NCBI RefSeq assembly: GCF_964204645.1
Contig: NC_134035.1
Span: 3,596,001-3,660,000 of the forward strand
Source: Tubulanus polymorphus
Lineage: Eukaryota > Animalia > Nemertea
Length of the DNA: 64,000 bases
Reading direction: 5' to 3'
Position numbers and translations under genes: made by a program. The notes under the pieces were generated by a model that was not told the origin of the DNA, searched no databases, and saw only the letters and a program-made list of their open reading frames with translations. Positions 13,540 to 27,794 of this stretch are shown one piece after another (position 1 is the stretch's first letter; each line of letters starts with the position of its first letter).

Positions 13540-15519
13540 GGCAACTTCCAATTTTGGCAGCCGAAATCTAGAAAAAATGAACGAAAGAAAACATAATTAG
13601 ATATTGTATCGAAGAAGTCGTAGGCCCGTACGATTCACGGTCGGAACCAGGGACGAGTAATAAGGGTCTCGACAATTCAAATTTCCATAGGTAGAGGGGG
13701 GCAATTAATTGAAAAAAGGCATTGTGGGGTTTTACAAGGGTCTTATATAAGACACCTTATCCACTTTTGAATACGTTCGTATTGTGGCTAAGCAGATTTT
13801 CAACAAAACTGCCCCCTTTTTTCCCTTGGAAAGCACCTATTTCTGATGTACGACGACATCGTAACATCGACATAAACGTCTTAGAGTCACTGGGGCAGTC
13901 AAAATTTTTAGGGGGTTTAACAAGGTTGTCATAAAAGACCCCCCGGATACCGTCTTGATGATTCGTATCAATGCGTCAATATATACCATCAGATATTCGA
14001 ACAATGAAATGAAGACAATGGTATTTACGCCATAGATCGAGAGGAGATGCTTAGTGTATGAACGCGTGTGCGCGCGGGTTAGTTCTGGTCTATAATTGAT
14101 GAATAGAAATTACTCTGCGGATTCGTCTAATTGAACTCATAAACTAACAATTTCCTGTGTATGTCTGTGCGGAGCTGTACGATATCCTGTATTGTCGTCG
14201 GTCGTTGTCGCGCTAATTTGAACGTCGTGCGATGTGTACGAACGGCTACCGCTCGACGACGATCATTAGAAAATCCGGTTGCATTTTTAGTCATAGCTAT
14301 ATACACTTTTTGACGCCGTAAAAATCGTTACAATAATTCTTATATACACTGATACCTAGTATGCGATATTCAACGGGTTCTGTTTGAGTCGATGTGCACT
14401 ACGTCATCAATATTAGTGTTTCAAAATATCAATTACAATATTGTGAATTTTGGCGTTCATTTTGTATTCAGATATTTTTCATAACTCTGAAATTTTATTT
14501 TTGATAAATCTTAATGACTATTGAAAGGATGTGCACTACGTCATAAATGTATCGGAGCTAGACTGGTTGACGGTCAACTCAATACAATTATCGATAGTAA
14601 AATTCGGAATTTCTCGTTGAGAGGCCATCTATGGTATATCAAATTTGGCCGAAGGGGAATACCATTCTTGTTACTTAATCGACTCGAAACTGCTACCGAA
14701 ATATTGGAAAATATCGTCTAAAATCGTTTAGATTTTGAGTATTTGACTCAATAGACGGTATAGTAAGCGATGCCAAGGCGTGGCAAGTTGATATACAGGG
14801 TGAAACATCTAGTAAAGTAAGTACCAATTAATAAGCGAAAATTTCTATGAGATTTCAAATCGCGCATTCTAGCTATCGGTAATGGAAAACTTGATATTTG
14901 ATATATTTGAGGTATATACCGCACGATCATTGGCCGTCTAGACACCGAATGCATTACGTAACAAATTGATGCTGATTTCGCGTGACTATTTGATAAACTA
15001 TTTACATACTGACAACAACATCGAATTGTTTATATCTTGTCGCATTCCGCGCCGCTCCGTCGAACGAAGCGCCATAATACGCTTTCTTTCGTTCGTGAAT
15101 AAAACATATCTAAATTAATCGAAATGCTACGAATTGGTTAATACCTGAAATGGCTTTATTACCGGCGAAGCTTTCATTTCGTATTAGCGCAACGTTCGAT
15201 CACCACCCAGCACACGCTATATTTATATATATATATATATATGCAGCGCCGAAAAGGTTTACGGATTTATTTCGATTTAACGGCACATTTCCCATCCACC
15301 TCGGGCTACTTTTTTTCACGCGTGATCTCGCGCAGGCGGAATTTCGCCGGATTAGATTCGCGACACGACCGAAGAGCGAGTTACGTAAAATAACAACGAA
15401 AGGCCGCGCTGAAATTATCATATAGAGTAGAGTATAGGCTTAGATTCTCGACAAAAATTCTATAAAAGAATATGGCTTTGTTTACACCTAGCCTTCTTAT
15501 GTCGGCTACCCTCAGGCAC

Positions 15520-15720
15520 ACACCAGGTGCGCGTAGATACATGCGCAGGTTTTCCGCGAAAAACCCGGGCTAGAATGAAACAGGATTTCTGATTGGCTTA
15601 TAATGACATCATCCAAGCTGCGTACTCGGTCTAGTGTGGCAGGGTCTCGATGTCAATAGGTTCGAATCCCTGCCGACGGAGGATGGCCTTATCCCGCTGA
15701 GTTACTGAGGTCGCTTGGCC
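15520..15720 (+). mobile_element. tRNA-derived SINE-like dispersed repeat
   Basis: CGGTCTAGTGTGGCAGGG...GGTTCGAATCCC (B-box); copies at ~7370-7480 and ~39465-39585. Confidence 0.55.
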
Positions 15721-18533
15721 GCGTATGGTTTGTATGGCCGACTATCAGTCACGCCATCTAGTGTCGGAACCGAACTGAATTATCACCGTCGAAACGGCGT
15801 AAAATGAACGGAAAATGACGTATCCGCGGGGTACATCGTCAGTATCGCATTCCATTTGCTGATAACGTTCAAAATTGAATTCGACTTCATTTCTCGCTCA
15901 CAAACGCAAAAAAAAGCGCATGGGAGAAACTCGAAGAAAAAGTAACGGGGCTATTCGAGCTAAGTAAAGAAAAAAGATGAGGAAGCGAAACAAATTAGGA
16001 CTCTCGATTGGCCACAGTTTCAAGCAAGACGGCGCAAGTGCGTGTGCCCTCTGTCCCCGTCGCTCAAGTGCAACGGGGTACTGTGGCAAGCGAGCATTCC
16101 ACCAGGTTCGTTAGTGGCACTATAGTTTACCGCGATACCCTGCTTCATTTTGCTGATAAGTAAATCAATTATCAGTGAAATCTATACCATAAACTGAGTG
16201 AGAAATTGAAATTTATATCTATTCAAATGCGACTCATTTGATAATTTTCGGATTTGGAATAAAAGTCAAAATTTCATCGAAAATTACGTTGAAAATAAAC
16301 TGCGAATGAGCCAGTTTTTTTTGTGCCGTCTCGAAAGTGTCGGTAAGTTGAACAGAATAGGTTTCCTTATTTTCCACTCTATGATACTATATCGGGACAC
16401 ACCCTTACGAAAGGCCGCCTCGATACGTCTTGGAGTACGAGGTGCAGCGACTCGGTGGAAAAAGATATTCATTCAATTGAGAGGGTTCGAATTTTCATCG
16501 CATATGAAATATCAAAACATTTTATTCGATATTAAAACGGTCGGATCTTTCGCGTGAAAGACTCGGTTGCGGATCTATCAACGATACCCGCCGGCAGTCG
16601 CTCTTTGTGTAAGGCTCTGGAAATTTCTACCGACCCTTTCGACGGCGGCGACGGCTATCTCTGCGACGGCAACTTTTTTAAGGCGATTTTCGTCTCACCG
16701 TAATTTCGAAGTCGTCCTGACGATAGAGTTGGCGATGTAACTAACGAAGTTGCTGAGAGCTTCCGCCCACGAGGACGATTCCCGAGGCAAGATAAACCGC
16801 TGACCGAACTATTTTCCAGCCATTAAATCATTTTCAGGAACCCATAAACCCTGCAGTTCGTAAAAGGCAGGACGCCGCCATCCCGTTTTATGATTCATTT
16901 CTATTATTCTATATTTGAAAATAAACTCTGAAATTTGAATTACACTCGTATTCTTTAGCAACATTAAGTTAAATTCCGTCAAAAATTCCAAATGTTCCTC
17001 GAGGGAAATGTAACAAAAATGTAATAACATTTTGTTCCAAGTTTATATATAGTATTGGGGTTTGTGTCACCTTTGATCTGTCGAAGGGCGCCCGTAATCG
17101 AAAAGCAATCGGGTTTAGTCTAATTTTAGACGTTAGTTTCGAGAAAATCGGAAAGCGATGGCGAATGACCCGAGAGAGATAGAGGGGGGGGGGGTGAGAA
17201 ACTCTTACAGATTCTAGCCGGCGGGTTTAATACCTCGAAATAACCAAAAACGGCGACTTCGTTCGGCAAAGTCACTTACGATATGAGGAAAAAATGCAAT
17301 TTACGAATAATTCGATAGGTATTCCGTCCGCGTGATTGGTTTTACCGAGAAAAATGCCAAAATTTGTTTCTCTCTTTTTCCAAGAGAGACTAACCTTCAT
17401 CGACTGCGCGAACCTTGCCCGGACGAGGCAAAATCTAATCGGTAAAGTAAACAAATTATTCCGTATAATCGGCCAGTTCGGCAAAACGCGTACTCTAATT
17501 TATCGCGGTACATTCACGACGACGGCCGTATACGGGTAATTAAACAGTAGGCGTATGTAACCACTCTAGTTTCTTGATTACCATATTGTCTTCAACGAAA
17601 ATAACGCGCAGCCGCTTTAATCTTCCCATTCGAACATTCAATTGCGATTCCATTTCGCTTAATGCGAGCGCCATTTGATCGGTATATTTTCCTTTTACTT
17701 TCGCTCTGAACTATATTGCACAATCGCCCACAACCGTCCATTTTACCGAGACGACAGTTCGCCGGGAAAAGCCGAATATTCTTAATCGGCCTTTGATGTC
17801 GGATGAGGTATCATGAACGGCCTAAATAATGAATAACGCGATGTCGATTTCAGACGTCGGCGTCGATGATCGTGCATTGGCGTCTTTATATATTGAATAA
17901 GACAGTTTTCCTCGGCAATTATCTAATGACCCCAGTGGTTTTATTATATCTACGTTGCGGGATCGGGATTACCTATATAGTTACTTAGCAGTAAACACGA
18001 CGGGCTTCGTCTCGCTATCATCTGAGACAATCCTTTTCGAAAGACGCGATCGCGCTAATTGCTTACCGATAAATCTAAATTGCTTTCGATAGCCTTATAC
18101 GTTTCTATTCGATTATGTAATAATCTGCGCGGCCGTCGGGCCTTTTTTGAATCAAGTCCGCTAATGGAAGTTTTTACATTAAATCTAAAAACCCATTCGT
18201 TTACGAATGCTTATGATAAACACACCCGACGACGGTGTCCAGGTTGAGATCGAAACGTCGTGTATTTTCAAAATATGTTTTGATTCAATAAAATCATCGG
18301 TTTTTTATACTTTCAATCCATAAATTATCGGTTTTTTATCATATCGTTCCCACTCTCTAACGTTTGCTAGCGGCCACCATATTCAGACTAGTTTTGGTTT
18401 CTGTATCATTTTAAGCGAATGAACATATCTTATATGGATTTTAGTATTGATAAGCGATGACGATGATCATTATTACGATAACTATTAATATTTCTATTAT
18501 TAATTGTTTATTTTTTCGCTATCCAAATACACT

Positions 18534-18817
18534 CAAGCCCGTGGCCAGGATTTTGAAAGGGGCGTTCTTAGATTATATAAAAAGGCCCGCACACGCAGGG
18601 GTCCTCTCCAGAAAATTGTAATAAAACGCCCTTCCCTAAAATGCTCTCTCCGAGCATTTAGTCAATATTATTTATACTCAAACTTTGGTCACGAGAATTT
18701 GAAAGTAGATAGTAGTCAATCAATAATTAGTTAATCAAAAAATTATTCTACTCGAATAAAGAAGGGCATTTTCTAAAAAAGGGGGCGTTCATTCGAACGG
18801 CTGAATCCCTCGGCTTG
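18534..18817. mobile_element. putative non-autonomous DNA transposon
   Basis: CAAGCC...GGCTTG termini and repeated GGGGCGTTC subterminal motifs. Confidence 0.35.
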
Positions 18818-19260
18818 TCGTATTCGACATCATTTCCAAATTATGAATCTCCCGAAAGATAAAATATATCCTTTCCGTTCACCTATCAACATAAGCGACA
18901 TTTGAAATATCAAAGCGTCGCATCGAAGTTTCTTGAGCACAAAGCACCGAATAAATGTTTAGAATCTTTTTTCTCTTCTTTTCAGTGTAGAAATGCAGTT
19001 CAAAAATACCGAAATTGCCAGCGAAGCCGAAAGTACCGAAGGTAATGTGTTAAATCTTTCTCTTTTTGAACGACATCGATATACTCGACGAAATCAGAAA
19101 TTATCAATAGAACCAACTGAAAAGAAATCAGAGAATCGAGATACAACAACTGATTATCATATACCTACCGGAATGAAAAGGTGTTCGGGTCGTTTAGTCT
19201 TAACTTGTTCGGCTAGAGTTTTATCCTGCTTGTATCAACTTGACATGCAAATATTCTTAC

Positions 19261-19370
19261 GAGTATTCAGTGCCGCCGACTTTGGTTCGTGCTGCTGTCT
19301 GGCTGTAAGTTCCGCGTTGCACTGAGCTAACCTGTTTGTAAATCACTTTCAAAACCGCGCTCTCTACGTG
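19261..19370 (-). other. candidate non-coding 5'UTR exon of the Wamide precursor gene
   Basis: The coding exon starts at an acceptor, so an upstream exon is expected. There is a donor CTC|GTAAGA at 19260 at the edge of a CpG-rich block with promoter-like motifs. The 5' end is uncertain. Confidence 0.4.
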
Positions 19371-19393
19371 CGCGTTCGCGTGTGCGCGCGTAG

Positions 19394-19650
19394 TTTTAAT
19401 TTATGCGCTTATGTGTAGACGTCACGCGCGGCGATTTTCGACCGTTACTCGCCGGAATCTGCTCCGCCAGTCGGGGCAAATTTCTCGATAAATTTACGCC
19501 GCGCGAAATGCCGTTAAAAGCGCGTTCGGCGATTGCGGCGGTTGGACGCGAGAGAGAGAGCGAGCGAGTGAGCTAGAGAACAACGTGCCTATCTTCTGAA
19601 GACGAGCTCTGTGTGTCTCTCGTTAACGCGTGGCGTGTGTACTTATATAC
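19394..19650 (-). promoter_or_regulatory. candidate promoter of the Wamide gene (CRE-like and TATA-like motifs)
   Basis: On the minus strand: TGACGTCT (7/8 match to CRE) at 19424-19417, CATAAATTAAAA at 19405-19394, and an alternative TATATAAG at ~19649-19642. CpG-rich with a GA tract at ~19550-19580. Confidence 0.35.
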
Positions 19651-22600
19651 GCGCCGAGTCGAGACTGTTGCAAAGTTGACAGCGAATCAACGAACAGCTC
19701 GATCTCGCTCGCAAGATTCCATACGGCGAAAAGCTACGCGGCACACGCGATTCCTTGAAACGCGGAAAATCATATTCTTACATAAGATCGACCGCGTTTA
19801 CTTCTAGTTATACACGACTTTGAACTTTCGGCAATCGGCGGAAATACATTCGACCACCGTTTCGTCGGTTGATCTATAACATTTCGCCCGTAAAGGTCGC
19901 TAGAAATTCTTCTTGTTTACGACTAAAGGTGACCTTAACGAAATCCTCGGGGCTTGACTCATCGTTTATTCCTGAAAATCGTATCCTGTTAGGTTTACGG
20001 GCATTTCGCTTTGCTTATAATGCGGACCTTCTTGGACGCTCGAAGGTAAAAACGACAACAATGAATATACGCTCGTAATTCAAGGGTTCTAATACGGAGT
20101 TCATCGCCAGTTTTGTAAAGAACTTGTAGGCCTATCGGACCGGGAGATCATAGGACAAGTCCAAACTTGTATTCGATTTCTGAAGGCGAATGCGGGTCTT
20201 TCTTTTTCGGATTTTGGGTGCTCAAGCCCTTAACCTTCCACGCTATACGGGCCTGCCCTGCGTATGCGAAAAATTCTTCAGTTTCTTCAAAGGTTGATAA
20301 AAATATTAAGAATCAACGAAAATAATACCGATGAATATTCAACACTGTACTTCAGAATAACAAATGTATGGTAATAATGCTTTAGGTCAAATTCTCGCTG
20401 ACGAGTAAGAAATAGTTGAATTATGCATTTTACTACTAAAATGCCGAGTGTAAGGACGGCGTGCTTGTAGCCTCGCGCCGTCTTGACGGAGAGTGGGGAA
20501 AAATTGCGTAACGCGTTCGAAAAATTTGTTCGTTATTTCAGCTGTAAACCATAAAATATCCACTTGTCGTTTTGATCAAACGTCTAATTTTGAAATCATC
20601 GCTACATCATGGCTTCATTTGTGCTAAGGCACGGATTCCGCGATAATCAAGCTAATACTCGAATTAACTAATAACGCGACGGGGCTAAACTGGTGATTTC
20701 AGGCCCCGTGGCACGAGTGGATTACACCACCGAGTGTACGGATGACGAGACAGTGTATTCTAGTCGTCGGGGATGCAATGCACCGTCACCCGCTGTAGCT
20801 GCTGCAGCCGCTGCAACTGTCGAGGAAATGTATTCGTTCGTCGCTCAAAAGTGAATAAATTCGAAACGTGTTCGTATTTCTATGATTCCACGGAAAATAG
20901 ATCAACAAATTTATGTTGAATAATTAACTATTTCACAGTATAAATTGCTAGCGACAATTTTCGCGGTTTCGGAATACTTTTGTCGAGTAATGGGGGTCGT
21001 TTTTTCACTTGTCTTAAAAACTATTTATGATGCGTATTATATTTCACCGGTCCTTTGACGATGCATTTTGACAACAGCAGCAACATCTTAACCCCAGTTA
21101 TGTTATAAGCTATTCATTTTTTTCAATCATTTTCGAGATTCCAATACACTCCGAAATAAAAACTAAGTTCGTTTATTTTTTTTTCTAGATTATTCAAACA
21201 CGAAATTAACAATTTTATTTCATTTCATTGCGTTACTCTATTCAATTGTAGGAATTCCTAACAACATCGGCAATAGAAAAATACAGGAATCTATTCAAGT
21301 CGTATAGGTTTTTGAAATCTATTTTAAAACGGCGATGTAATCAAATTTTCCATTAGACGAAATTCGATACACTTGTCGCGAATCAAAGTTAAAACAGCCA
21401 CAACGTTAAACTTTACCTGAATAGTCGCTCGTATTTATAAACGCCACCTTCGGCGAAATCGATGTTTTAGTCATCGTTTTATTACTGCCGAAACTCGAGA
21501 CCCGTCGCGTATCAGTCGCACAAAGTGATGTAGTTCCCAATCGAAATGATCAGCTAAATGCGGACCGAATTTGAGATCCTTTCTGTACGAGTTTTACTTT
21601 TGTTACGCACCGAAAGTGATATGTCAATTATGAACGCTATCAAAGCGCATAAACATGTTCTATATAGATCCCCCCAGAAGGTACAATCGATGACTTATAG
21701 TTTATCTTGCAACTCGATTCCGTCGTTCAAAAATTTTCGATCGTGATTTCGTTGTCGACGCGCGCGACCTTTTCCTTTGATGTGTGGAGCGCCGATCGTT
21801 GAACTTTGAAAGCTAAAAGGAAGCGAAAAAAAAACACACAACAAACATCCATAATCTGAAAGGACTCGGCTTGTATTCCCGCGTGCTCAAAGTTCAGGTT
21901 AAATTCACGGAAAGCGCTATAGAAATCTGTACGGAGATGAATTTGATTGGAAATTTCTTGCTCGTCATTTAAAACCTAATTTCCGTGTAAGAAATCTCCA
22001 TCGTGGCCTTTGTGTTTAATCTTAACAAAAAGGTTACATGATCATGATTATAATAAGTAACAATAGTAACAATTAGACCGTTATCTCTGACCAGTATAGT
22101 GATTGGCCGTTGTTCAAATATGATAGATATTTCTAACCCAAAAAAATCTTTAAAGAATACTTTTGGAATCCCATGGCTTATAGATTTGAGACCAACTTAG
22201 TAGTTCTATAATCAATCTAACAACTGGATATCAGCCTTAAGATTTTGAGACCACTTTTGGACCTATTGGACTTTCTGAAGTCACGACCGTGCAACTGGAC
22301 CCAGAAGTCCAAGAACATGTAATCGAATTGATAAAGGACCGCCCGCGGTGTATGGCTGCATCGAGATGAAATGAACCGTCGTCGTATCGGTAAATATAGC
22401 ATTATTAATAACTGATAACTATACAGTCATCTGATGAAATTAGGTTTAGATTCATGTTTCACTGGAAGGCGTCGCGAGTGTTGCGTGTTTGTGTTTTTAC
22501 ACTTTGTTATGAATTTACTTGTATAGTATAAAGTTCGGCAGGCAAGTGTGTTTGCCTCGGCCGCGTATACGTATTGCCTGTCGCCGATACACACCTTTTG

Positions 22601-24513
22601 TTTATACAAGCAAAATTAATGTTGACATCGAATGGCAATAGAATCATAATTACGTGATGGTGTAATCTAATACATCGAAGCCAACACGGCGCTAAATTAA
22701 AACTAAATGGCGATCTGTGTAAACCGCTTGTAGACGAACAGAATGCTGGTATTCCGCTTGAGGTGTGTTGTTACTATACAGCGAAGTAGATCGCGAGGCC
22801 TTGATATCGGTCATCGAGAATCCGTATATTCCTCGCGATTTTATTAGAAGCGGTTAATAATACGTCGAAAATAAAGTCAGGCACCTGTTTTACGCGTGAA
22901 GTCATCAAACACGTTTCTGGTGTACGTATCTATATCGACGTATCCTTTTTTGTCGTGAAACAACTTGACGTGGTTTTAATGAGATAGATTTACTACGTAT
23001 TTCATAAATGCGGGTTACGTTTTAATAGTGACCGCGTGAGTTGTAGTGGCAGGCGTGGCGAATATAGTCTTTGTATATACGAAAATTAGAAATTAGAAAA
23101 TCAAAAAAAAAATGTTTTCAGTTCGAAGCTTCCGCGTTACTGGACTACTCCGTGAAATGCCCCTGTAACTTTGCGGCGATTGGCGTGGTAGTAAATTGCC
23201 AAACTTTGTTCCATTGTTTTTCGTCGTTAAAATTGATTCGTGCAGAACGTATATTTAAGTTACAGATTCTATTTAGAAAAGCAGGTTCAGTCAACACTGT
23301 CGATCGCAGTGTTACGTCTAGAGTTGGGCCAGTGATAACAACGGATTTAAAAACATGTTAACGCGGACTATTTCTATCGCTTGTAAATATACGTTGCTTG
23401 TTTACCTTAAAACAGTGATTGACCCCGTTTTTTATTTGATTGGTAGATTTAGTTTGATTTGTTTTGATTTGGTGTCCCTTACAAACCCACCACCACCTGC
23501 TGGGAGCGAAACAGGGGGTTTGATTTAGAAATCGGAAATCTCGAAATACAAATATCATAGTTGTGCGATCGGCGGTCGAATTTACAGAATTGTTTGTTTA
23601 AATCGAAGTACATAATTGCAAAATTCAAATTGTCTGCAGATCACCAGGCGGACCAGCAATAACAGCTGATTTAGATTTAAAGATGTACGGACGCACATCA
23701 TCGGCTCGGTCCGTTGCGAATCGGTCCACGTCAGGTTCAGACCAAATTAGAACACGGACTATCGATAGCGCGCGCGCGGCTTATTCGAACGATTCGGGTC
23801 GCAAATTGGAAACTGTGTTGATGGATACGCCTTCGTCGTCGAGATCGAGTTTCCGCTCAAACTCGGGAACAATATTCCGCGTCCCGATGTTGATCGCGTT
23901 CGGCGCGGAACGAGGTAATTTCGATTCGCACGCGGCAAAAACGAATTACTATCACCATCTGGACCGCCGATACGTATCGACTAACGCGTCTATTGTCACC
24001 TCGTTGTCGCCGACGTATTCAATTCGGAAATTCGACGCGTTCGTCAAAATGAGAATCGACCCCCGTGTCAAGCGCGCGGAAAATGGATAATTACGCGAAT
24101 ATACGAAATCTCATCTCGCAGTAAATTAAAGCGTGAATGGTAATTGAATCGGAAAAAACCGCCGTTAAGCGGGCGTCAGAATGGGATATCGGTACATACC
24201 AGATGGCGCTACAATACACTCACAAATACATAGTTAATAACGTAGTGGAAATATGTTCATTTTCGATGAACTGGATTTCTAGGCTCCCGAATGGAAATTT
24301 TGTCAAACAAGTCATCACATAGATAAGAGATCAAAGATATACGTTCCCAATGAGTGTATGGTATAGTTTTACTGGAAATTGATTTACTAATTTACCTAGA
24401 AAGGTTCACTCGAATTTGATTGAAATGTAGTAGAAATTGAAGCGCCGTTACCGAGTAACCACTAGCAAACCTGGCGGATCCTCGCCTACCATATGTAGAA
24501 TCCTCGAACGAGA

Positions 24514-24795
<282 letters not shown>

Positions 24796-25399
24796 CTCTA
24801 CACTCACGCAGTCTCGGCGCGCTGTATCCGCAAACCTCCAACGATTCAACGCCGCAAAACGAACAGACGTTTCGCTCTCCTCGTTTGACATTCTATTTTA
24901 TCGGCCATTTTATCGTCGTCATAAATCTGAATTTCATAAATGAAGCGACGATGAATGCGTGGCTCGCTGACCCGATCGGCCGTGTTTAAGTGCGTCGTAC
25001 GTCGATGCGTCTCGCGCATTCATCACGCACTGCGCAGTTATTACCGCTGCCATCTTTAACCCAAATCCAGTTTAGGCTTTAATAAAACAGCTGCCAACGG
25101 ACGCCGTGACAAATGACTTTATTACCGTAAACTATGATGGAACGGATGGCCGCGCGGTTTATCATACGCCCGATTAATTTCAAACTTTACGACACTCGTT
25201 CACGCGGTGCTTTCTCTCTTCTCTCTCCCCTCTCTCCTCTTCCCTCTCTCCTCTCTCCTCTCTCCTCTCTCCTCTCTCTCGCAGTCTCTATCTTCCCGCT
25301 GTTTCGCGCGGTGATTCATGCGATTGTTGTTAATCGTCGTCGGCGGTTGCGTACGAAAACTCATCGGATCGAACGAAAACCCACGATATTTGAAAAAAG

Positions 25400-26010
25400 C
25401 CGTTTCGTCTTAATTTGTATGAGCCATTTCCAAAACTGAGAGAGTAGTGACGTTTAGACTCAATCCTATGAGCCATTTCCAAGACTAAGAGAGTAGTGAC
25501 GTTTAGACTCAATTCTATGAGCCATTTCCAAAACTGAGAGAGTAGTGACGTTTAGACTCAATCCTATGAGCCATTTCCAAGACTAAGAGAGTAGTGACGT
25601 TTAGACTCAATTCTATGAGCCATTTCCAAAACTGAGAGAGTAGTGACGTTTAGACTCAATTCTATTAGACATTTCCAAAACTGAGAGAGTAGTGACGTTT
25701 AGACTCAATTCTATTAGCCATTTCCAAAATTGAGAGAGTAGTGACGTTTAGACTCAATTCTATGAGCCATTTAAAAAATTGAGAGAGTAGTGACGTTTAG
25801 ACTCAATTCTATTAGACATTTCCAAAACTAAGTGACGTTTAGACTCAATGAGACTTTTTCGAGAGTAGTGTTGTTTAGACTCGATTCTATGAGCCATTTC
25901 CAAAACTAAGTGACGTTTAGACTCATTCTATCAGCCATTAGCAAAACTAAGAGAAAAGTAACGTTTAGACTCAATTCCATGAAATATTTTCAAAACTATG
26001 GGAGTGATGA
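25400..26010 (-). repeat. 49-bp tandem satellite (~12 units), hammerhead-like unit
   Basis: Unit GAGCCATTTCCAAAACTGAGAGAGTAGTGACGTTTAGACTCAATTCTAT from 25421. Inverted copies at 26110-26230; older arrays at ~11880-12210 and ~31420-31650. Confidence 0.9.
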
Positions 26011-27656
26011 TATAAATTTTAAAAATATAGAAGTTGCGATTCCTGTCCCTAACCTTCCCTAGTGAGTTCTTAATTTTGCCCGTTTACTAGTAGCGATGGT
26101 TCTTGCTAACCTTGTTTGAAAATGGCTCATCGAATTGAGTCTAAACACATAACTACTCTCTTAGTTTTGAAAATGGCTCACGGGTCTAAACGTCACTGCT
26201 CTCTTAGTTTTAAACATGGTTCATGAAAATATAATCTCAACATGTTTGAATAAGACAGTAGCTATTGTCTATTCAGACCAATAAACTCCTCAGGTTTCAC
26301 TTGATTCGTTTTTTATAGCCGCTTTTATCAGCCAGCGCGGCTCAGCGACACAAAAGCTTATATCTGACATTTCGGAAGCGGAAAAATTCGTAATGGTTTC
26401 ATCGAAAATTGTTTTCGATGAAAAATGTCGACGAAATGAAATGGTTTTTAAGTCGACGGCGACGGGTTGTCTTTATCCGAAGGAATTTCACATCGACGGA
26501 AGCGGTATCGACGACGATCTTTTGCGGAAATTAGTAACGCGTAAATTTCGCCGATAACGATCACCCCTAAGGAGGGGAAGAGGGCCTCGTTCTTGCGAAA
26601 AAAAATCAAAAGGCGATAAAGTGCTCCGATTCGATGCGAGAAGAAAATAGAAGACACTCCACCGGAACGGATTTTACTCGCCGTAACCTATAATCTATGA
26701 TCGGAAAAGTCCGCGCCGTATACTCGACGAAAATACCGCGTCGCGCGCCGGGATCCGTGAGAGGGTTGTTCCGACCGCGCCGCCGCGCTCAAATCCATAA
26801 GCGATCATTATTTCGGACAAAGCACATCCGAAGCGACCGTATCGATCGTGGCGCGCGCGCGCGTGTTCAAGGGGTTCATTATTTAGCACTTATCCGCGAG
26901 AATTAATAACTAGGTCAAAAAGCTCTCGATTATCGAAGTTGTCGCCGTCGCTTTCAGATGATGATAATCGAAGCTCGTGTGTGATAATCAGGTACTCGGC
27001 AAATACGGAAATGCGCATATATCAGCGCTTTCGGGGTTTCGCTTTTTTGACGCCGTAAAAACAGTTACAATAATGTTCAGTATACATAGCATATACGTTA
27101 TCATATCTAAGGGGTTCTGCGTGGGTCGATGTGTACTGGACGAATTTTAGCGTTTATTTTTGTGATTGAATTGTATTTCATAACCTAAGTTTTAGTTTTG
27201 ATAAATTTCAATCTTTTCGGCAGGATGTGCGCTAAGTCGGAGCTAGACTGGTTGCCGGTCAATTCAATTCAATAATATTTATTCAAATCCAAGATACCCT
27301 CATTTATCCTTAATATCACTAGTTAATTTATATAATTGTTAATTATTTCGTTACGTTTTTATTCTTCAATTTTTATCACTATATAAGTGTTGTTTAGATG
27401 TAATAGTTACCCCCGTACGATGGCAATGGAGTGTGAATAAATTCGTTATTCGTTACGTTGTCAAAATTAATTAAGACCGAGTGGATCCTCGATTGCCACA
27501 GTAGTAGTCGGCGCATTGTGAGCGATATTTGCAGAAACAAAAATTGTTCAAACACATAAATCAGGCACTACGAGGAGTCGTCCAATGGGGTCGTCTAGGG
27601 CCCCTCAAAATGTAGAAAATTGAAATTCAAAATTCCACATGTTGTTGGATCCGCCC

Positions 27657-27749
27657 TTTGGACTCGAGTATCCACCCCTGGACTCGATTATCCACCCTTG
27701 GACTCGATTATCCACCCTTGGACTCGATTATCCACCCTTGGACTCGATT
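27657..27749. repeat. 20-bp tandem repeat TGGACTCGATTATCCACCCT, ~4.5 copies
   Basis: Direct reading. Confidence 0.9.
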
Positions 27750-27794
27750 GCCAACGGTTAGTGCCGTTGTACATTGCTGGCCCCAGAGGTCTAT

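Noticed and set aside
13540-13551. ORF-track start MEVA at 13551
   Set aside because: It is a TTG codon; the eukaryotic start is the ATG at 13539 in GCCATG context.
12521-13600. 359-aa plus-strand ORF
   Set aside because: Antisense shadow of the repetitive neuropeptide CDS (RLPHM..FHFR is the reverse complement of KRKW..MWGKR); non-ATG start and no independent features.
15625-15680. possible tRNA gene (GGTTCGAATCCC)
   Set aside because: No cloverleaf can be folded; multiple diverged copies indicate a SINE.
23683-24090. 135-aa ATG ORF
   Set aside because: Ser/Arg-rich CpG-driven composition with no domain and no splice support.
25421-26010. CRISPR-like appearance of regular repeats
   Set aside because: Units are contiguous with no unique spacers, there are no cas genes, and the context is eukaryotic.
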